Assembly: GCA_964371095.1 (NCBI GenBank)
Contig: CAYJMJ010000011.1
Location: 1,590-65,589, forward strand
DNA length: 64,000 nucleotides
DNA from: an uncultured Dehalococcoidia bacterium
GTDB taxonomy: Bacteria > Chloroflexota > Dehalococcoidia > DSTF01 > JACRBR01
Direction: 5' to 3'
The notes beneath the pieces were generated by a model. That model saw nothing but the letters and a program-made list of their open reading frames with translations. It had not been told where the DNA came from and made no database searches. Positions 1 through 9,844 of this stretch are shown here, piece by piece; position 1 is the first letter of the stretch; every line of letters begins with the position of its first letter. The position numbers were made by a program, and so were the translations under genes.

Positions 1-375
1 CTTCAGGTGCACGGCGATGACGTCGTCCCACTCCTGCTCGGCCATGTTGAAGATCATCCGGTCGCGCAGGATGCCTGCCACGTTCACCAGGATGTCGAGC
101 CGCCCGAAGTTGTCGAGCGCCGTCTTGATCAGGTTTTCGCCGCCCTCGACGGTGGCCACGGTATCGAAGTTCGGCACGGCCTTGCCGCCTGCCGCGCGGA
201 TCTCGTCGACCACCTCGGCGGCGGGTCCGGAGTCGGGTTGCGAGCCGTCAACCTTCACGCCGTAGTCGTTCACGACGACGTTGGCGCCCTCGCGCGCGAG
301 CAGCAGCGCGACGCCGCGCCCGATGCCGCGCCCGCCGCCGGTCACGATCGCCGTGCGTCCGTCGAAGCGTCCCAT
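1..375 (-). CDS. SDR-family oxidoreductase, N-terminal ~125 aa (gene runs off window start). Paralog of the downstream SDR; start ATG overlaps the stop of the next gene (TAATG)
   Basis: Minus-strand translation from ATG at 375: MGRFDGRTAIVTGGGRGIGRGVALLLAREG... (TGxxxGxG Rossmann motif). ~75% nt identity to 975-1349. Confidence 0.75.
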   Translation of the reverse strand, partial: MGRFDGRTAIVTGGGRGIGRGVALLLAREGANVVVNDYGVKVDGSQPDSGPAAEVVDEIRAAGGKAVPNFDTVATVEGGENLIKTALDNFGRLDILVNVAGILRDRMIFNMAEQEWDDVIAVHLK

Positions 376-1349
376 TACGATGCACCTCCTGCGGCGGTAT
401 CCACGGTGCGGCCGGGCACGGCGAGGTCGGGCGGCGGCGGCGCCGGGTTGGGAATGCCCGTCATCAGCTGGTGCGGCACGGCGACGGCCAGCTCATCGAG
501 CGTCCACATCGCGGGCTTCCAGAGCGTGCGCATGGGCGTCGGGTGGTGCGCGAGTCCGACGTTGCCGCCGGCGACGTGGAAGATCTGCCCGTTGATGTTC
601 CATGCGTCGTCGGTGCAGAGGTACGCCACCATCGGCGCGATGTATTCGGGGTCGCGGAGCTGCGGAACGGCGGGGGGGCGGTTCGCTGCGGCACCGGTGA
701 TGCCGGCCCGCGCGCGCAGCTCTCGTGCGGCGTCCGGCACCGCCTGCGTCATGCGAGTCAGCGCGCCCGGCGCGATGGCGTTGCACGTGACGCCGTAACG
801 GCCGAGATCCTTGGCGACGACGCGGGTGAAGCCCGCGACGCCGCTCTTTGCCGCACCGTAGTTGGCCTGGCCGGGGTTACCGATGATGCCGGACGTCGAC
901 GAGAAGTTGACGATGCGGCCGTAGCGCTGCTGGCGCATCAGGATCGACGCCGGCTTCGTGCAGTTGAAGTGGCCCTTGAGGTGCACGGCGATCACGTCGT
1001 CCCACTCCTGCTCGGACATGTTGAAGATCATGCGATCGCGCAGGATGCCGGCGTTGTTGACCAGAATGTCGATGTGGCCGAGCGCATCGACCGCAGTCGT
1101 GATGATGCGCTCGCCGCCCTCGGCCTGGGCGACCGAATCGTAATTCGCGACCGCCGTGCCGCCCGCTGCCTTGATCTCAGCCACCACCTGGTCAGCCGGG
1201 CCATTGTCGTGGCCGCTGCCGTCGGTGTTGACGCCGGGATCGTTGACGACGACGCGCGCGCCCTCGCGCGCAAAGAGGAGCGCGATGCCACGGCCGATGC
1301 CCCGGCCCGAGCCGGTGACGACGGCGACCTTACCTTCGAGAGCGCCCAT
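375..1349 (-). CDS. SDR-family NAD(P)-dependent dehydrogenase, resembling the MFE-2 / 17beta-HSD4 N-terminal domain (3-hydroxyacyl-CoA dehydrogenase-like)
   Basis: 324-aa ORF with TGSGRGIGRG glycine-rich motif, NNAG, and Y-x3-K region. AGGAGA SD before ATG at 1349. High GC3. Confidence 0.85.
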   Translation of the reverse strand: MGALEGKVAVVTGSGRGIGRGIALLFAREGARVVVNDPGVNTDGSGHDNGPADQVVAEIKAAGGTAVANYDSVAQAEGGERIITTAVDALGHIDILVNNAGILRDRMIFNMSEQEWDDVIAVHLKGHFNCTKPASILMRQQRYGRIVNFSSTSGIIGNPGQANYGAAKSGVAGFTRVVAKDLGRYGVTCNAIAPGALTRMTQAVPDAARELRARAGITGAAANRPPAVPQLRDPEYIAPMVAYLCTDDAWNINGQIFHVAGGNVGLAHHPTPMRTLWKPAMWTLDELAVAVPHQLMTGIPNPAPPPPDLAVPGRTVDTAAGGAS

Positions 1350-1433
1350 AGGTTCGTCTCCTGGAAATCCGAGGCCAAGTGTCCGATGCCTGGGTCAGGC
1401 GCCCCGCGGCGTCGAGAGGCGGGCCTCCCGCGC

Positions 1434-1871
1434 TCAGCTTCGCGACGGCAGTGCCACTGTCGCTGTTCCGGGCGTCGTCTTCTTGCCGCTGGCGTCCTGC
1501 GTCCACACGTCCAAGTCCACGAGATTCTCGCCGCCCTCCTGGCGCTTCGCCGTGACGACGCCGCCGGCCGTGATCTCTTTGTTCAGCATGTCCATGCCCC
1601 GGTAGCTGACGCCGAACTTCTTCACGCGGCCCTTGTAGCCCGCGAACGCGAAGACGGCGCGCCCTACCTGGGCATACTTGAAGCGGCCGTGAACGATGTT
1701 CTCCGTCAGGCCCATCGGCTTGAGCAGCGGGAAGTTCTCGTCGAAGTGCAACGGGTTGAAGTCGCCGGACCCGGCCGCGAACTTCACGAGCTGCTGCTTG
1801 TCCGGCGAGATCTTGATCGGCGCGACCTCCTGGCCGACGGACACGTCCTCGAAATACAACTGGTCTGCCAT
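1434..1871 (-). CDS. MaoC-like (R)-specific enoyl-CoA hydratase/dehydratase, hotdog fold (HadB-like catalytic subunit)
   Basis: 145 aa. Hydratase-2 motif SGDFNPLHFDENFP. GAGAGGAAG SD before ATG. Confidence 0.85.
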   Translation of the reverse strand: MADQLYFEDVSVGQEVAPIKISPDKQQLVKFAAGSGDFNPLHFDENFPLLKPMGLTENIVHGRFKYAQVGRAVFAFAGYKGRVKKFGVSYRGMDMLNKEITAGGVVTAKRQEGGENLVDLDVWTQDASGKKTTPGTATVALPSRS

Positions 1872-1917
1872 CTGGATCTTCCTCTCGAACGCGGGCGCCG
1901 CGGCGTCCGGATAGACG

Positions 1918-2409
1918 CTAGTAGTGGATGCTCGTCAGGCGCTGCTTCGCGACGACCTGCCCGGTCGCCTTGTTCCGGTAGACCGACTCGTTGGTGATGA
2001 AGAGCATCTTGCCGCGCGAGCTGTCGCGGAGGTTGAGGTCGGCGAGGTGCGAGGTCTCGACGAGCACGTCGCCCGCGCAGATCACGTCGAGGTACTCCGT
2101 CTCGGTGCCGCCGTCAAGCAGTCCCTTGAACGGGATGTTCAGGCGCGGACCGCCCGCTCGTCGCGGGAAGCCGAACGTGGGATCGTTCTGCCCCGGAACG
2201 TACACCGGCGTGCCGAGATAGCCGAGCGGCGCGACGATGCTGCGGAAGCCCTGCGACTTCGCGAAGTCCACGTCGTAGTGGATAGGATCCTCGGAGCCGA
2301 TGCCACGCGCGTACATGCGGACGCTCGTCGTCGTGACCTCGTACGTCCACGGCTCGCTGTCGACCCCGAACTGGGCACGCATGTCGTCTGTGATCTCGAA
2401 TTCGTCGGC
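1918..2409 (-). CDS. MaoC_dehydrat_N-like hotdog protein (HadA/HadC-like non-catalytic partner). Start uncertain: TTG ~2409 or ATG 2382
   Basis: C-terminal 154 aa of ORF 1918..2802 is paralogous to 2912..3418 (YARGIGSEDPIHYDVDFAKSQGFRSIVAPLGYLGTPV). The N-terminal part of that long ORF is out-of-frame overlap. Confidence 0.6.
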   Translation of the reverse strand, partial: ADEFEITDDMRAQFGVDSEPWTYEVTTTSVRMYARGIGSEDPIHYDVDFAKSQGFRSIVAPLGYLGTPVYVPGQNDPTFGFPRRAGGPRLNIPFKGLLDGGTETEYLDVICAGDVLVETSHLADLNLRDSSRGKMLFITNESVYRNKATGQVVAKQRLTSIHY

Positions 2410-2459
2410 CAAGACAACCTCTCTTCTCGCGGCGCCCGTGCAGGCGCCGGTGCCTGATG

Positions 2460-2888
2460 CTAGTTCTTTCCGGGCAGCGTGACGAGCGCGGTGCCGGGCG
2501 ACGTCTTCTTGCCGTCGGGCTTCTCCGTCCAGATGTCCAGCTCGACGAAATGCCGGCCGCCATCGCTGTACGTCCGTTTGACAACGCCGCGGCAGAGGAT
2601 GTCCTGGTTCGGCTCGTCCATGCCTCGATACGAGCAGCCGAAGCGCCGGATCTGGCCCAGCTCGCCGACCCAGTCGTGGAGCAGCTGGCCGAGGAACGCG
2701 TTCTTGAGCGCGCCGTGGACGATCAACCCTTTGAGGCCGGTCGCCTGCGCGAAATCCTTGTCGTAGTGGATCTGGTAGAAGTCGCCCGAGCCAGCGGCCC
2801 ACAGGACCAGCTGCTGCGTGGAGCAGTTCTTCTTCAGCTGGGGGATCTCGTCGCCCTCGTGAACGTCCTCGAAGTAGACCTGAGCCAT
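2460..2888 (-). CDS. MaoC-like dehydratase, hotdog fold, degenerate hydratase-2 motif (second HadB-like subunit)
   Basis: 142 aa, paralog of 1434..1871 (MAQVYFEDV... vs MADQLYFEDV...). Motif SGDFYQIHYDKDF retains D and H. Confidence 0.8.
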   Translation of the reverse strand: MAQVYFEDVHEGDEIPQLKKNCSTQQLVLWAAGSGDFYQIHYDKDFAQATGLKGLIVHGALKNAFLGQLLHDWVGELGQIRRFGCSYRGMDEPNQDILCRGVVKRTYSDGGRHFVELDIWTEKPDGKKTSPGTALVTLPGKN

Positions 2889-2911
2889 CGTGCGCCCCTT
2901 CTCGGTCGTGA

Positions 2912-3418
2912 TCAGTACTGGATGAGCGTCCCGTACATCCTGGCGACGACCTTGCCGTGCTGGTTAGTGTAGGTCGTCTCGCGCGTCGTGATCAGCATCG
3001 GGCCGAGGCTGCCGGTCGCTTCCTCGAAGCCGCTGATCTTGGTGCGCGCGGTGATCGTGTCGCCAGCGCAGATCACGTCGCCGTCAGGCGGATCCGGCAG
3101 GTACTCGTACTCCGTGCCGCCGTTGAGAATGCGCTTGTATGGGACGCTGAAGGAGCGCCCGCCGATCTCGCCGGGGACGGCGCCTGCGCCGCCCGGGCGG
3201 AACACCGGCGTGCCGAGGAAGCCCGGCGGCGCGACGATGCCGCGGTAACCGCGCGCCTTCGCCGCCTCCTCGTCGTAGAAGATGGGATCGGTGTGGCCGA
3301 CCGAGCGCGCGAACATGCGGCAGTTCGTCTTCTCGACTTCCAAGACGGTCGCAGGGCCTTCGACGCCGATCGCGGCGCGCATCTCGTCGGTAATCACGGA
3401 GCCGGCGGCCTGCGTCAT
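2912..3418 (-). CDS. MaoC_dehydrat_N-like hotdog protein (N-terminal half of MaoC dehydratase family)
   Basis: 168 aa. ARSVGHTDPIFYDEEAAKARGYRGIVAPPGFLGTPVF. GAGGTG SD before ATG 3418. First gene of a minus-strand operon reaching position 1. Confidence 0.75.
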   Translation of the reverse strand: MTQAAGSVITDEMRAAIGVEGPATVLEVEKTNCRMFARSVGHTDPIFYDEEAAKARGYRGIVAPPGFLGTPVFRPGGAGAVPGEIGGRSFSVPYKRILNGGTEYEYLPDPPDGDVICAGDTITARTKISGFEEATGSLGPMLITTRETTYTNQHGKVVARMYGTLIQY

Positions 3419-3597
3419 GGGGCACCTCGTTGCGGCCGCGGGGGCTGGCGGCGCGGGAGACTCTTACGTTCACGTCAGGTTTACAGCGACACGAGAATAC
3501 AACCCGCCATATCGAGTGTCAACGGAATTGAGGACTCCGCGAGACCCGCGGGTCATCTTGATCATGGGTAGGGTGCACGTTAGACTTGCCGCGCTTT

Positions 3598-3632
3598 GAC
3601 GGAGGTGCCGTGGCGCCTCCGTTTGTGTGTCC
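3598..3632 (+). terminator. Terminator-like hairpin (10-bp stem with one G-U pair, CGUG loop) followed by a UUUGUGUGU tract, ~45 nt upstream of the hppA start. Possible attenuator or leader structure
   Basis: gacggaggtgccgtggcgcctccgtttgtgtgt read directly from the sequence. Confidence 0.3.
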
Positions 3633-3678
3633 GGGAATGACGTAACTCGCGCCAACCGGCCGAGTGGGAGGAGACGCC

Positions 3679-5952
3679 ATGACACTGGTATGGATGGTGC
3701 CGGTCACCGGGGCGGCGGCCGTGCTGTTCGCCCTGTGGCTTGCTTACGACGTCCTTCGGAGGGACACCGGCACCCCTGCGATGCAGGAGATCGCCGACAT
3801 GATCTTCGAGGGCGCGATGGCATTCCTGTCACGCCAGTACCGGACGATCGCGATTCTCGCGCTGCTGACGTCCGTGGGCGTCGCCGTGCTGGTCGGCGCC
3901 ATCTCGAACGGCGTCCACCCGATCATCATCTCCAATGGCCAGGTCGACTTCGACAAGAACACGATCTCGGTTGGCCAGTGGAAGGAAGGCATCATGACCG
4001 GCGTCGCCTTCCTTGTCGGGGCGGCGTGCTCGGCGCTGGCCGGATATATCGGCATGTTCATCGCGGTGCGCTCGAACCTGCGTACGGCGGCGGCGGCGCA
4101 GAAGAGCCTGAAGGACGCCGTTACCGTGTCGCTGCGCGGCGGCGCCGTCTCGGGCTTCCTGGTCGTGGCGCTGAGCCTGCTCGGCGTGTCGGGCATCTTC
4201 CTGACGTACAGCCGCCTGCTCGGCAACCCGGCCGAGATTGCGCCGTTCCTGATCGTCGGATTCGGCTTCGGCGCCAGCTTCGTGGCGCTCTTCGCACAGC
4301 TGGGCGGCGGTATCTACACGAAGGCGGCCGACGTCGGTGCCGACCTCGTTGGCAAGGTCGAGGCGGGCATCCCGGAGGATGACCCGCGCAACGCCGCCGT
4401 CGTGGCGGACCTCGTGGGCGACAACGTCGGCGACTGCGCCGGCCGTGGCGCGGACCTGTTCGAATCGATGTCGGCCGAGAACATCGGCGCGATGATCCTG
4501 GGCGTGGCCATCTTCAAGGTCACGGGCAACATCGAGTGGATCATGTTCCCGCTGGTGCTGCGCTCGTTCGGCATCATCGCCACCATCGTCGGCCTGACGA
4601 GCGTGCCGTTCTTCACGGATGGCAGCCCGAAGAGCAAACAGGATCCGATGACGCCGCTCAACTTCGGCTACTACGTGGTCTCGGTCCTCTCCGTCATCGG
4701 TCTCTTCATCGCGACGAAGGTGATGCTGGGCGACTCGTGGTACTGGTTCTTCTTCTGCGGCCTGGTCGGCATCGCGACCGGCATCGCGTTCGTGTACATC
4801 ACGCAGTACTACACGGCCGGCTCGTGGCGGCCGGTTCAGGAGATCGCCCGCGCATCGCGCACCGGTCCGGCGACGAACGTCATCATCGGAACGGCCGTTG
4901 GGTTCGAGACGACGGCGCTCACGGCGATCACCATCGGTCTGGCGCTTGTCAGCGCCTTCGCGCTCGGCTCGCAGGCCGACATCTCGACCGCCAGCGCGGC
5001 GGTGCCATCGTTCACCACCGGCATCTTCGGGACGGCTGTGGCGACGATGGGCATGCTGATGTCGGCGGCATACATCCTCAGCATGGACACGTTCGGCCCG
5101 ATCACGGACAACGCCGGCGGCATCACCGAGATGTCCGGCGCACCGGAGAGCGCGCGGGAGATCACCGACAAACTCGACGCGGTTGGGAACACGACGAAGG
5201 CGCTGACCAAGGGGTACGCCGTCGCCTCGGCCGGTCTTGCGGCGTTCCTGCTGTTCTCCGCCTACCTGGACAAGGTGAAGGAGCGGCTGGGCGCGCCGCT
5301 GACGGCGGAGCTGCCGGTTGACCTCGCAAAGGTCGACGTATTCGTCGGCGGGCTGATGGGCGTGATGCTCGTGTTCCTGTTCAGCTCGCTCGCCATCCGC
5401 GCTGTGGGCAGCGCAGCGGGCTCCATCATCGAAGAGGTTCGCCGCCAGTTCCGCGCCGATCCGGGCATCATGGCGGGGACGTCCAGGCCGGACTACGCGG
5501 CCGCCGTCGATATCACCGCGAAGGCGGCGCTCCGCCAGATGATTCTCCCGGGCATCCTCGCCGTCGGAATGCCGGTGGCGGTCGGCCTGATCTTCCGCTT
5601 CACGCGCCACGACTCCGTGGTGGTGGCCGGCACGACGTACGAGGACGCGTCCGGCTGGCTGGCTGTCGCGGGTCTGCTGATCGTCGGGACGATCGGCGGC
5701 ATCCTCATGGCGACGGTGCTGAACAACGGCGGCGGCGCCTGGGACAACGCCAAGAAGTTCATCGAGTCAGGCGGGCTGAAGGACGAGCAGGGCAACGTCC
5801 TCGGCAAGGGAAGCGAAGCGCACAAGGCGGCGGTCGTTGGTGACACGATCGGCGACCCGTTCAAGGACACCGCGGGCCCGTCGCTGCATGTGTTGATCAA
5901 GCTCCTCGCGACGATCACGCTGGTGCTGGCGCCGTTGTTCATCGCTACGTAA
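3679..5952 (+). CDS. hppA: Membrane-bound proton-translocating pyrophosphatase (K+-independent type; GNTTKA motif)
   Basis: 757 aa, many TM helices. Motifs GDNVGDCAGRGADLFES and DAVGNTTKALTKG. GGGAGGAG SD 5 nt before ATG 3679 (the ORF track starts at an upstream in-frame GTG, 3664). Confidence 0.9.
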   Translation: MTLVWMVPVTGAAAVLFALWLAYDVLRRDTGTPAMQEIADMIFEGAMAFLSRQYRTIAILALLTSVGVAVLVGAISNGVHPIIISNGQVDFDKNTISVGQWKEGIMTGVAFLVGAACSALAGYIGMFIAVRSNLRTAAAAQKSLKDAVTVSLRGGAVSGFLVVALSLLGVSGIFLTYSRLLGNPAEIAPFLIVGFGFGASFVALFAQLGGGIYTKAADVGADLVGKVEAGIPEDDPRNAAVVADLVGDNVGDCAGRGADLFESMSAENIGAMILGVAIFKVTGNIEWIMFPLVLRSFGIIATIVGLTSVPFFTDGSPKSKQDPMTPLNFGYYVVSVLSVIGLFIATKVMLGDSWYWFFFCGLVGIATGIAFVYITQYYTAGSWRPVQEIARASRTGPATNVIIGTAVGFETTALTAITIGLALVSAFALGSQADISTASAAVPSFTTGIFGTAVATMGMLMSAAYILSMDTFGPITDNAGGITEMSGAPESAREITDKLDAVGNTTKALTKGYAVASAGLAAFLLFSAYLDKVKERLGAPLTAELPVDLAKVDVFVGGLMGVMLVFLFSSLAIRAVGSAAGSIIEEVRRQFRADPGIMAGTSRPDYAAAVDITAKAALRQMILPGILAVGMPVAVGLIFRFTRHDSVVVAGTTYEDASGWLAVAGLLIVGTIGGILMATVLNNGGGAWDNAKKFIESGGLKDEQGNVLGKGSEAHKAAVVGDTIGDPFKDTAGPSLHVLIKLLATITLVLAPLFIAT

Positions 5953-5977
5953 CGCGCCGCGTGTGCATGTGATACGA

Positions 5978-6017
5978 CGAGAGGGCTCCCACTGGCGGGA
6001 GCCCTCTCGTCTTCTCC
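5978..6017. terminator. Bidirectional intrinsic-terminator-like hairpin between convergent hppA and fadD (13-bp GC stem)
   Basis: cgagagggctccc-actggc-gggagccctctcg followed by tcttctcc. Confidence 0.5.
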
Positions 6018-6045
6018 GGTGATCCCGGCGGCGCCGGGCGACGGC

Positions 6046-7974
6046 TCAGGCGGAGACCAGCGCCTCTTCGGGCTCGTCTGAGGCGGGTGGCGCCGTTGCC
6101 TCCAGATGCTCGGTCCAGGACTGCTCCCAGGTCCGCGGATCGAAGTTCTGGATCTCGGCCACCTGGCCGCGCATGATCTTCCGCAGTCCCAGCGTCCGCG
6201 GCAGCGGCGTGTCGGTCAGAACGAAATCGGTCGGCCGCTTGTACGCCGCGACGTCCACGAGGCACGCGTCGAGCGCCGCCTTCACGACGGCGCGGACGGC
6301 CTCCTCGGTCGGAGGGGTGCCGCCAAGGCGGGACAGAACCTCGTCGCGGTTCGGATAGATGACGGCGGACACCTGAGTCTTGCCACGCACCTTGCGACCG
6401 GCGACGACGATGTCCTCGATGACCGGACCACCGGTGATGATCTCCTCGATTTCGTCCGGGTGCACCTTCTCGCCCGAGTCGAGCACGATGACGTACTTAC
6501 TCCGACCCGTGATCCACACGTTACCCTCGTCATCGATGTATCCGACGTCGCCGGTGCGGAGCCAGCCGTCGACCTTGATCGCGCGTGTTTCCTCTTCGGC
6601 GCGCCAGTAGCCGGGTGTGATGTTGTCTCCGCGCGCGACCAGCTCGCCCTCACCGTGGAGGTGCACGTACAGCTCCTTCTCGGGCACGTCGATGAGGCCG
6701 ATCTCGACGCCGTCGAGCGCCGGGCCCACCGTACCGAAGTGGTCCTCGAAGTAGCTGGATGTGTAGAACTTGCGGGGATTCCAGCGCTGGATCGTCAGTG
6801 CCGGCGATGATTCCGTGAGCCCCCAGCCCTGAAGGACCGCGAGGCCGATCCGCGCGAAGCTGCGCCCGATCTCGGGGTTCAGCGCCGCGCCGCCGCTGAC
6901 CATGAACCGAAGACTGCTGCCGAGACGCTTGTGAATCTCGCGGAACACGATCCGGCCGATGTTGACGCCCGTCCGCTGTTTCGTCGCTTCGGCGATGCGC
7001 AGGGCCCGCTCGAAGCTCTCCATCCGTCCCTGCACCTCGATGCTGTGGACGATGTTCCGGTACATGATGTCGAACAGTGCCGGCATGCCGATGAACACCG
7101 TCGGCTTCATCTCGGCCATGCGGTCGCGAAGACGCCGCAGGTCGTTCTCGAATGTGATCTCACCGCCAACCCAGGGCGTCGCGATCGTGACGATGAACGG
7201 GAACGCGTGGTGCATCGGCAGCACCATCAGCACGCGGTCGCGCTCGTTGAACGGCACGGCGAGGTGGAGGCCCCGGAGGTTGGACATGAAGTTCCGGTGC
7301 GTCAGCATCACGCCCTTGCTGCCGCCCGTCGTGCCCGATGTGAACACGATGGACGCCAGGTCGTCGGGCCGGACCTCCGTCGCGCCGAGCTTTCGGCGGC
7401 TGTCGGGCGTGGCACGTCCGGCGACATCGGTGAGTTGCAGGACTTCCGGATGAGCGCCGCGGAGCAGGTCGCTCGGGACGCCGTCGCGGAGTTGCGCGGC
7501 GCCGATCACGATCGCGGTCCGCATGCGGGAAACGACGCCGTCGCCGAGCTTCGCGAGCACTTTCGGCGATGCGATCAGCACCTGCGCCTCCGTGCGCTCG
7601 ATCATGCCCGCGATCTCCGGCGGCTTGAGTTCGTAGTAGATCGGCACGGAGACGGCGCCGGTGAGCACCGTGCCGTAGTAGGCGAGAATCCAGTCGATGC
7701 CGTTCTCGGCGATCAGCCCGATCCGGTCGCCGGGCTCGACGCCCATCGCCACGAGTCCGGCGGCGACATCGTAGCTGCGCCGGTAGACGTCGGCGTGAGA
7801 GATGCGCTGCCATTCGCCGCGCACTTTCTGCTGGAACGCGATCTTGTCGCCCCATTTTCGGCGGTTCTGTTCGAGTAGCTCGCGGAAGGTGAGGGGGTCG
7901 CTGCCGGTGCTTCGCCGCGGGGTTCGAGCGTCGTCAACAGGCGTGCCGAAGCTGCGAAGTTTGTCAAGTACCAT
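6046..7974 (-). CDS. fadD: AMP-dependent synthetase/ligase (long-chain fatty-acid-CoA ligase family)
   Basis: AMP-binding motif TSGTTGGSKGVMLTHRN. Likely start MVLDKLRSFG at 7974 (the ORF track extends to 8070 through a low-complexity Arg-rich leader). Confidence 0.85.
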   Translation of the reverse strand: MVLDKLRSFGTPVDDARTPRRSTGSDPLTFRELLEQNRRKWGDKIAFQQKVRGEWQRISHADVYRRSYDVAAGLVAMGVEPGDRIGLIAENGIDWILAYYGTVLTGAVSVPIYYELKPPEIAGMIERTEAQVLIASPKVLAKLGDGVVSRMRTAIVIGAAQLRDGVPSDLLRGAHPEVLQLTDVAGRATPDSRRKLGATEVRPDDLASIVFTSGTTGGSKGVMLTHRNFMSNLRGLHLAVPFNERDRVLMVLPMHHAFPFIVTIATPWVGGEITFENDLRRLRDRMAEMKPTVFIGMPALFDIMYRNIVHSIEVQGRMESFERALRIAEATKQRTGVNIGRIVFREIHKRLGSSLRFMVSGGAALNPEIGRSFARIGLAVLQGWGLTESSPALTIQRWNPRKFYTSSYFEDHFGTVGPALDGVEIGLIDVPEKELYVHLHGEGELVARGDNITPGYWRAEEETRAIKVDGWLRTGDVGYIDDEGNVWITGRSKYVIVLDSGEKVHPDEIEEIITGGPVIEDIVVAGRKVRGKTQVSAVIYPNRDEVLSRLGGTPPTEEAVRAVVKAALDACLVDVAAYKRPTDFVLTDTPLPRTLGLRKIMRGQVAEIQNFDPRTWEQSWTEHLEATAPPASDEPEEALVSA

Positions 7975-8278
7975 CGTTAAGCGCGTCTCCCCGGCCTGCG
8001 GGCCACTCCTGCATACAGGCTGAACCGAACCGAGACGCGATCGGCCGCGCGAAAGGCCTGCGCGTCTCACAAGTATAGCGGGCCGACACCGGCGGACGGG
8101 ACATATGTTCTGTCAACCAGCTTCGTCGACGCCACTCCGCATCTTCATCCTATCGATGCTGCAAGCGTCGAGGGTGGTACGAATGGACCATCTTGGCAGG
8201 CTGGCGCGCTGCCGCCACGCTTCCGCGCCACGGTGCACTACGAATCCGTCGCCGCGGTAGACGACCGGACGTTGAGCG

Positions 8279-9751
8279 TCAGAAATCGCCTTCGCCGCGC
8301 AAGTTGCCGTTGGAGCGCCGCAGCTTCTCCAGCGCCTGCGCCTCGATCTGGCGGGCGCGCTCGCGGGTCACACCGAGTTCATTGCCGACGATGTCGAGCG
8401 TGCGCGGACGGCCGTCTTTGATCCCGAATCGCAGCTCGATGACCGTGCGCTCGCGCGGCGTCAGCACATCAAGGGCATTGCGGACGCGCTCACGCAGCAG
8501 CTGGCGCGCGGCTTCATCCTCCGGAGACGGCGCCATGACGTCCTCGAGGACGCTGCCGAGCGTACCCTCTTCCTCCTCGCCGACGGGCGTCTCGAGCGAG
8601 ACGACGGACTGGCGCAGGGCGCGGGCGGCTTCGCGCACCTTGTCCGGCGGCATGCCCATCAATTTCGAGAGTTCCGACGTCTTGGGCTCGCGGCCGAGGC
8701 GCTGGAAGAGCCGCTCCCGTGCCTGAGAGTACTTCGAGATCAGCTCCGTGATGTGAATCGGCAGTCGAATCGTCCGGCCCTTGTCGGCGATCGCCCGGCC
8801 GACGGCCTGACGGATCCACCACGTGGCGTACGTGCTGAAGCGGAAGCCGCGCCGGTGCTCGAACTTCTCGACGGCGCGCATGAGCCCGCCGTTGCCCTCC
8901 TGGATGAGGTCCATGAGGGGCATGCCGCGGCCCGCGTACTTCTTCGCCACGCTGACGACGAGGCGAAGGTTGGCGTTCACCATGTGCTCTTCGGCCCGCT
9001 GCGCGTGCTCCCGGGCGGCGGCCACGTGCGGCGCGAGGCTGCGAATACGCGCCGCGGACTCTTTGATCTGCTTCTTAGCTGCGGCTTCCGCCTCCTTGTA
9101 CTCCTTGAGCGCACGGGGGCTCGGCACCTTCTTGCCCCTGGCCGGTACCGGTTTCTCCGGCATGACCACGGGCTCGTCAAGGTCGTGAAGCGCCAGGTTC
9201 AACGTGTCGCGGATCTCGGCCGGGAAGATGCGCTGCGCCACCGCGAGCGAGATGAGCACCGGCCGGACCTGCGCGACGTCGCGCTTCGTCGACGTGGCGA
9301 TCTGCTCCTCGAACGCCTCGTCCAGGTGGTCCTGGATGCCTTCGCGCAGCGGTTCAAAGAAGAGCTGGTCCCCGTGGCCCTTCTGGGGGAAGCCCTTGAG
9401 CGCGCGAGAGCGGCGCACCAGCGCCAATGCGTCGCGCACCTGGCGCAGGAGCCGCTGGGTGAGCTGCTCCGTCGTCGGAGCGGTGAGGTGCTCCTCCATG
9501 TACGCGTCGCTCAGCTCATCGAGGATCCGTCCGTTCTCGATCTCCTTCGCCAGCGAGACTTCCTCGTCCGGGCGGAGGAGCTTGTAACGCGCGATCTCGT
9601 TGAGGTAGAGCTCGACGGAATCAGGCGTTTCGCCGAGCGGCTCTTCGACCACGGGCTTGGCCGGAACGGCCGGAAGCCGCTCCACAACCTCATCCGTCTC
9701 GTCCTCAACCGGGAGGACGCGCAGCGTTTCTCGTTCTCGTGCCTTAACCAT
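8279..9751 (-). CDS. rpoD: RNA polymerase sigma-70 factor, group 1/2 (RpoD/SigA-like), with regions 1.2, 2, 3 and 4
   Basis: Region 2.x [45 protein letters not shown]. Region 4 [14 protein letters not shown]...[31 protein letters not shown] before TTGATG start. Confidence 0.9.
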   Translation of the reverse strand: MVKARERETLRVLPVEDETDEVVERLPAVPAKPVVEEPLGETPDSVELYLNEIARYKLLRPDEEVSLAKEIENGRILDELSDAYMEEHLTAPTTEQLTQRLLRQVRDALALVRRSRALKGFPQKGHGDQLFFEPLREGIQDHLDEAFEEQIATSTKRDVAQVRPVLISLAVAQRIFPAEIRDTLNLALHDLDEPVVMPEKPVPARGKKVPSPRALKEYKEAEAAAKKQIKESAARIRSLAPHVAAAREHAQRAEEHMVNANLRLVVSVAKKYAGRGMPLMDLIQEGNGGLMRAVEKFEHRRGFRFSTYATWWIRQAVGRAIADKGRTIRLPIHITELISKYSQARERLFQRLGREPKTSELSKLMGMPPDKVREAARALRQSVVSLETPVGEEEEGTLGSVLEDVMAPSPEDEAARQLLRERVRNALDVLTPRERTVIELRFGIKDGRPRTLDIVGNELGVTRERARQIEAQALEKLRRSNGNLRGEGDF

Positions 9752-9844
9752 CAATCACCTGAATATGCTGCCCGTAGTTCTATAGACTGTGGGAATGTTC
9801 TCGTGCATTAGCCGGTTCAGTGGGGTAGAGACGCCGCCGAGGCG

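Noticed and set aside
7-798. 263-aa plus-strand ORF at the window start
   Set aside because: Antisense to the two tandem SDR genes. The SDR reading frames carry the Rossmann and catalytic motifs.
3829-5610. 593-aa minus-strand ORF
   Set aside because: Antisense to the H+-PPase gene, which has unambiguous family motifs. Arg-rich shadow frame.
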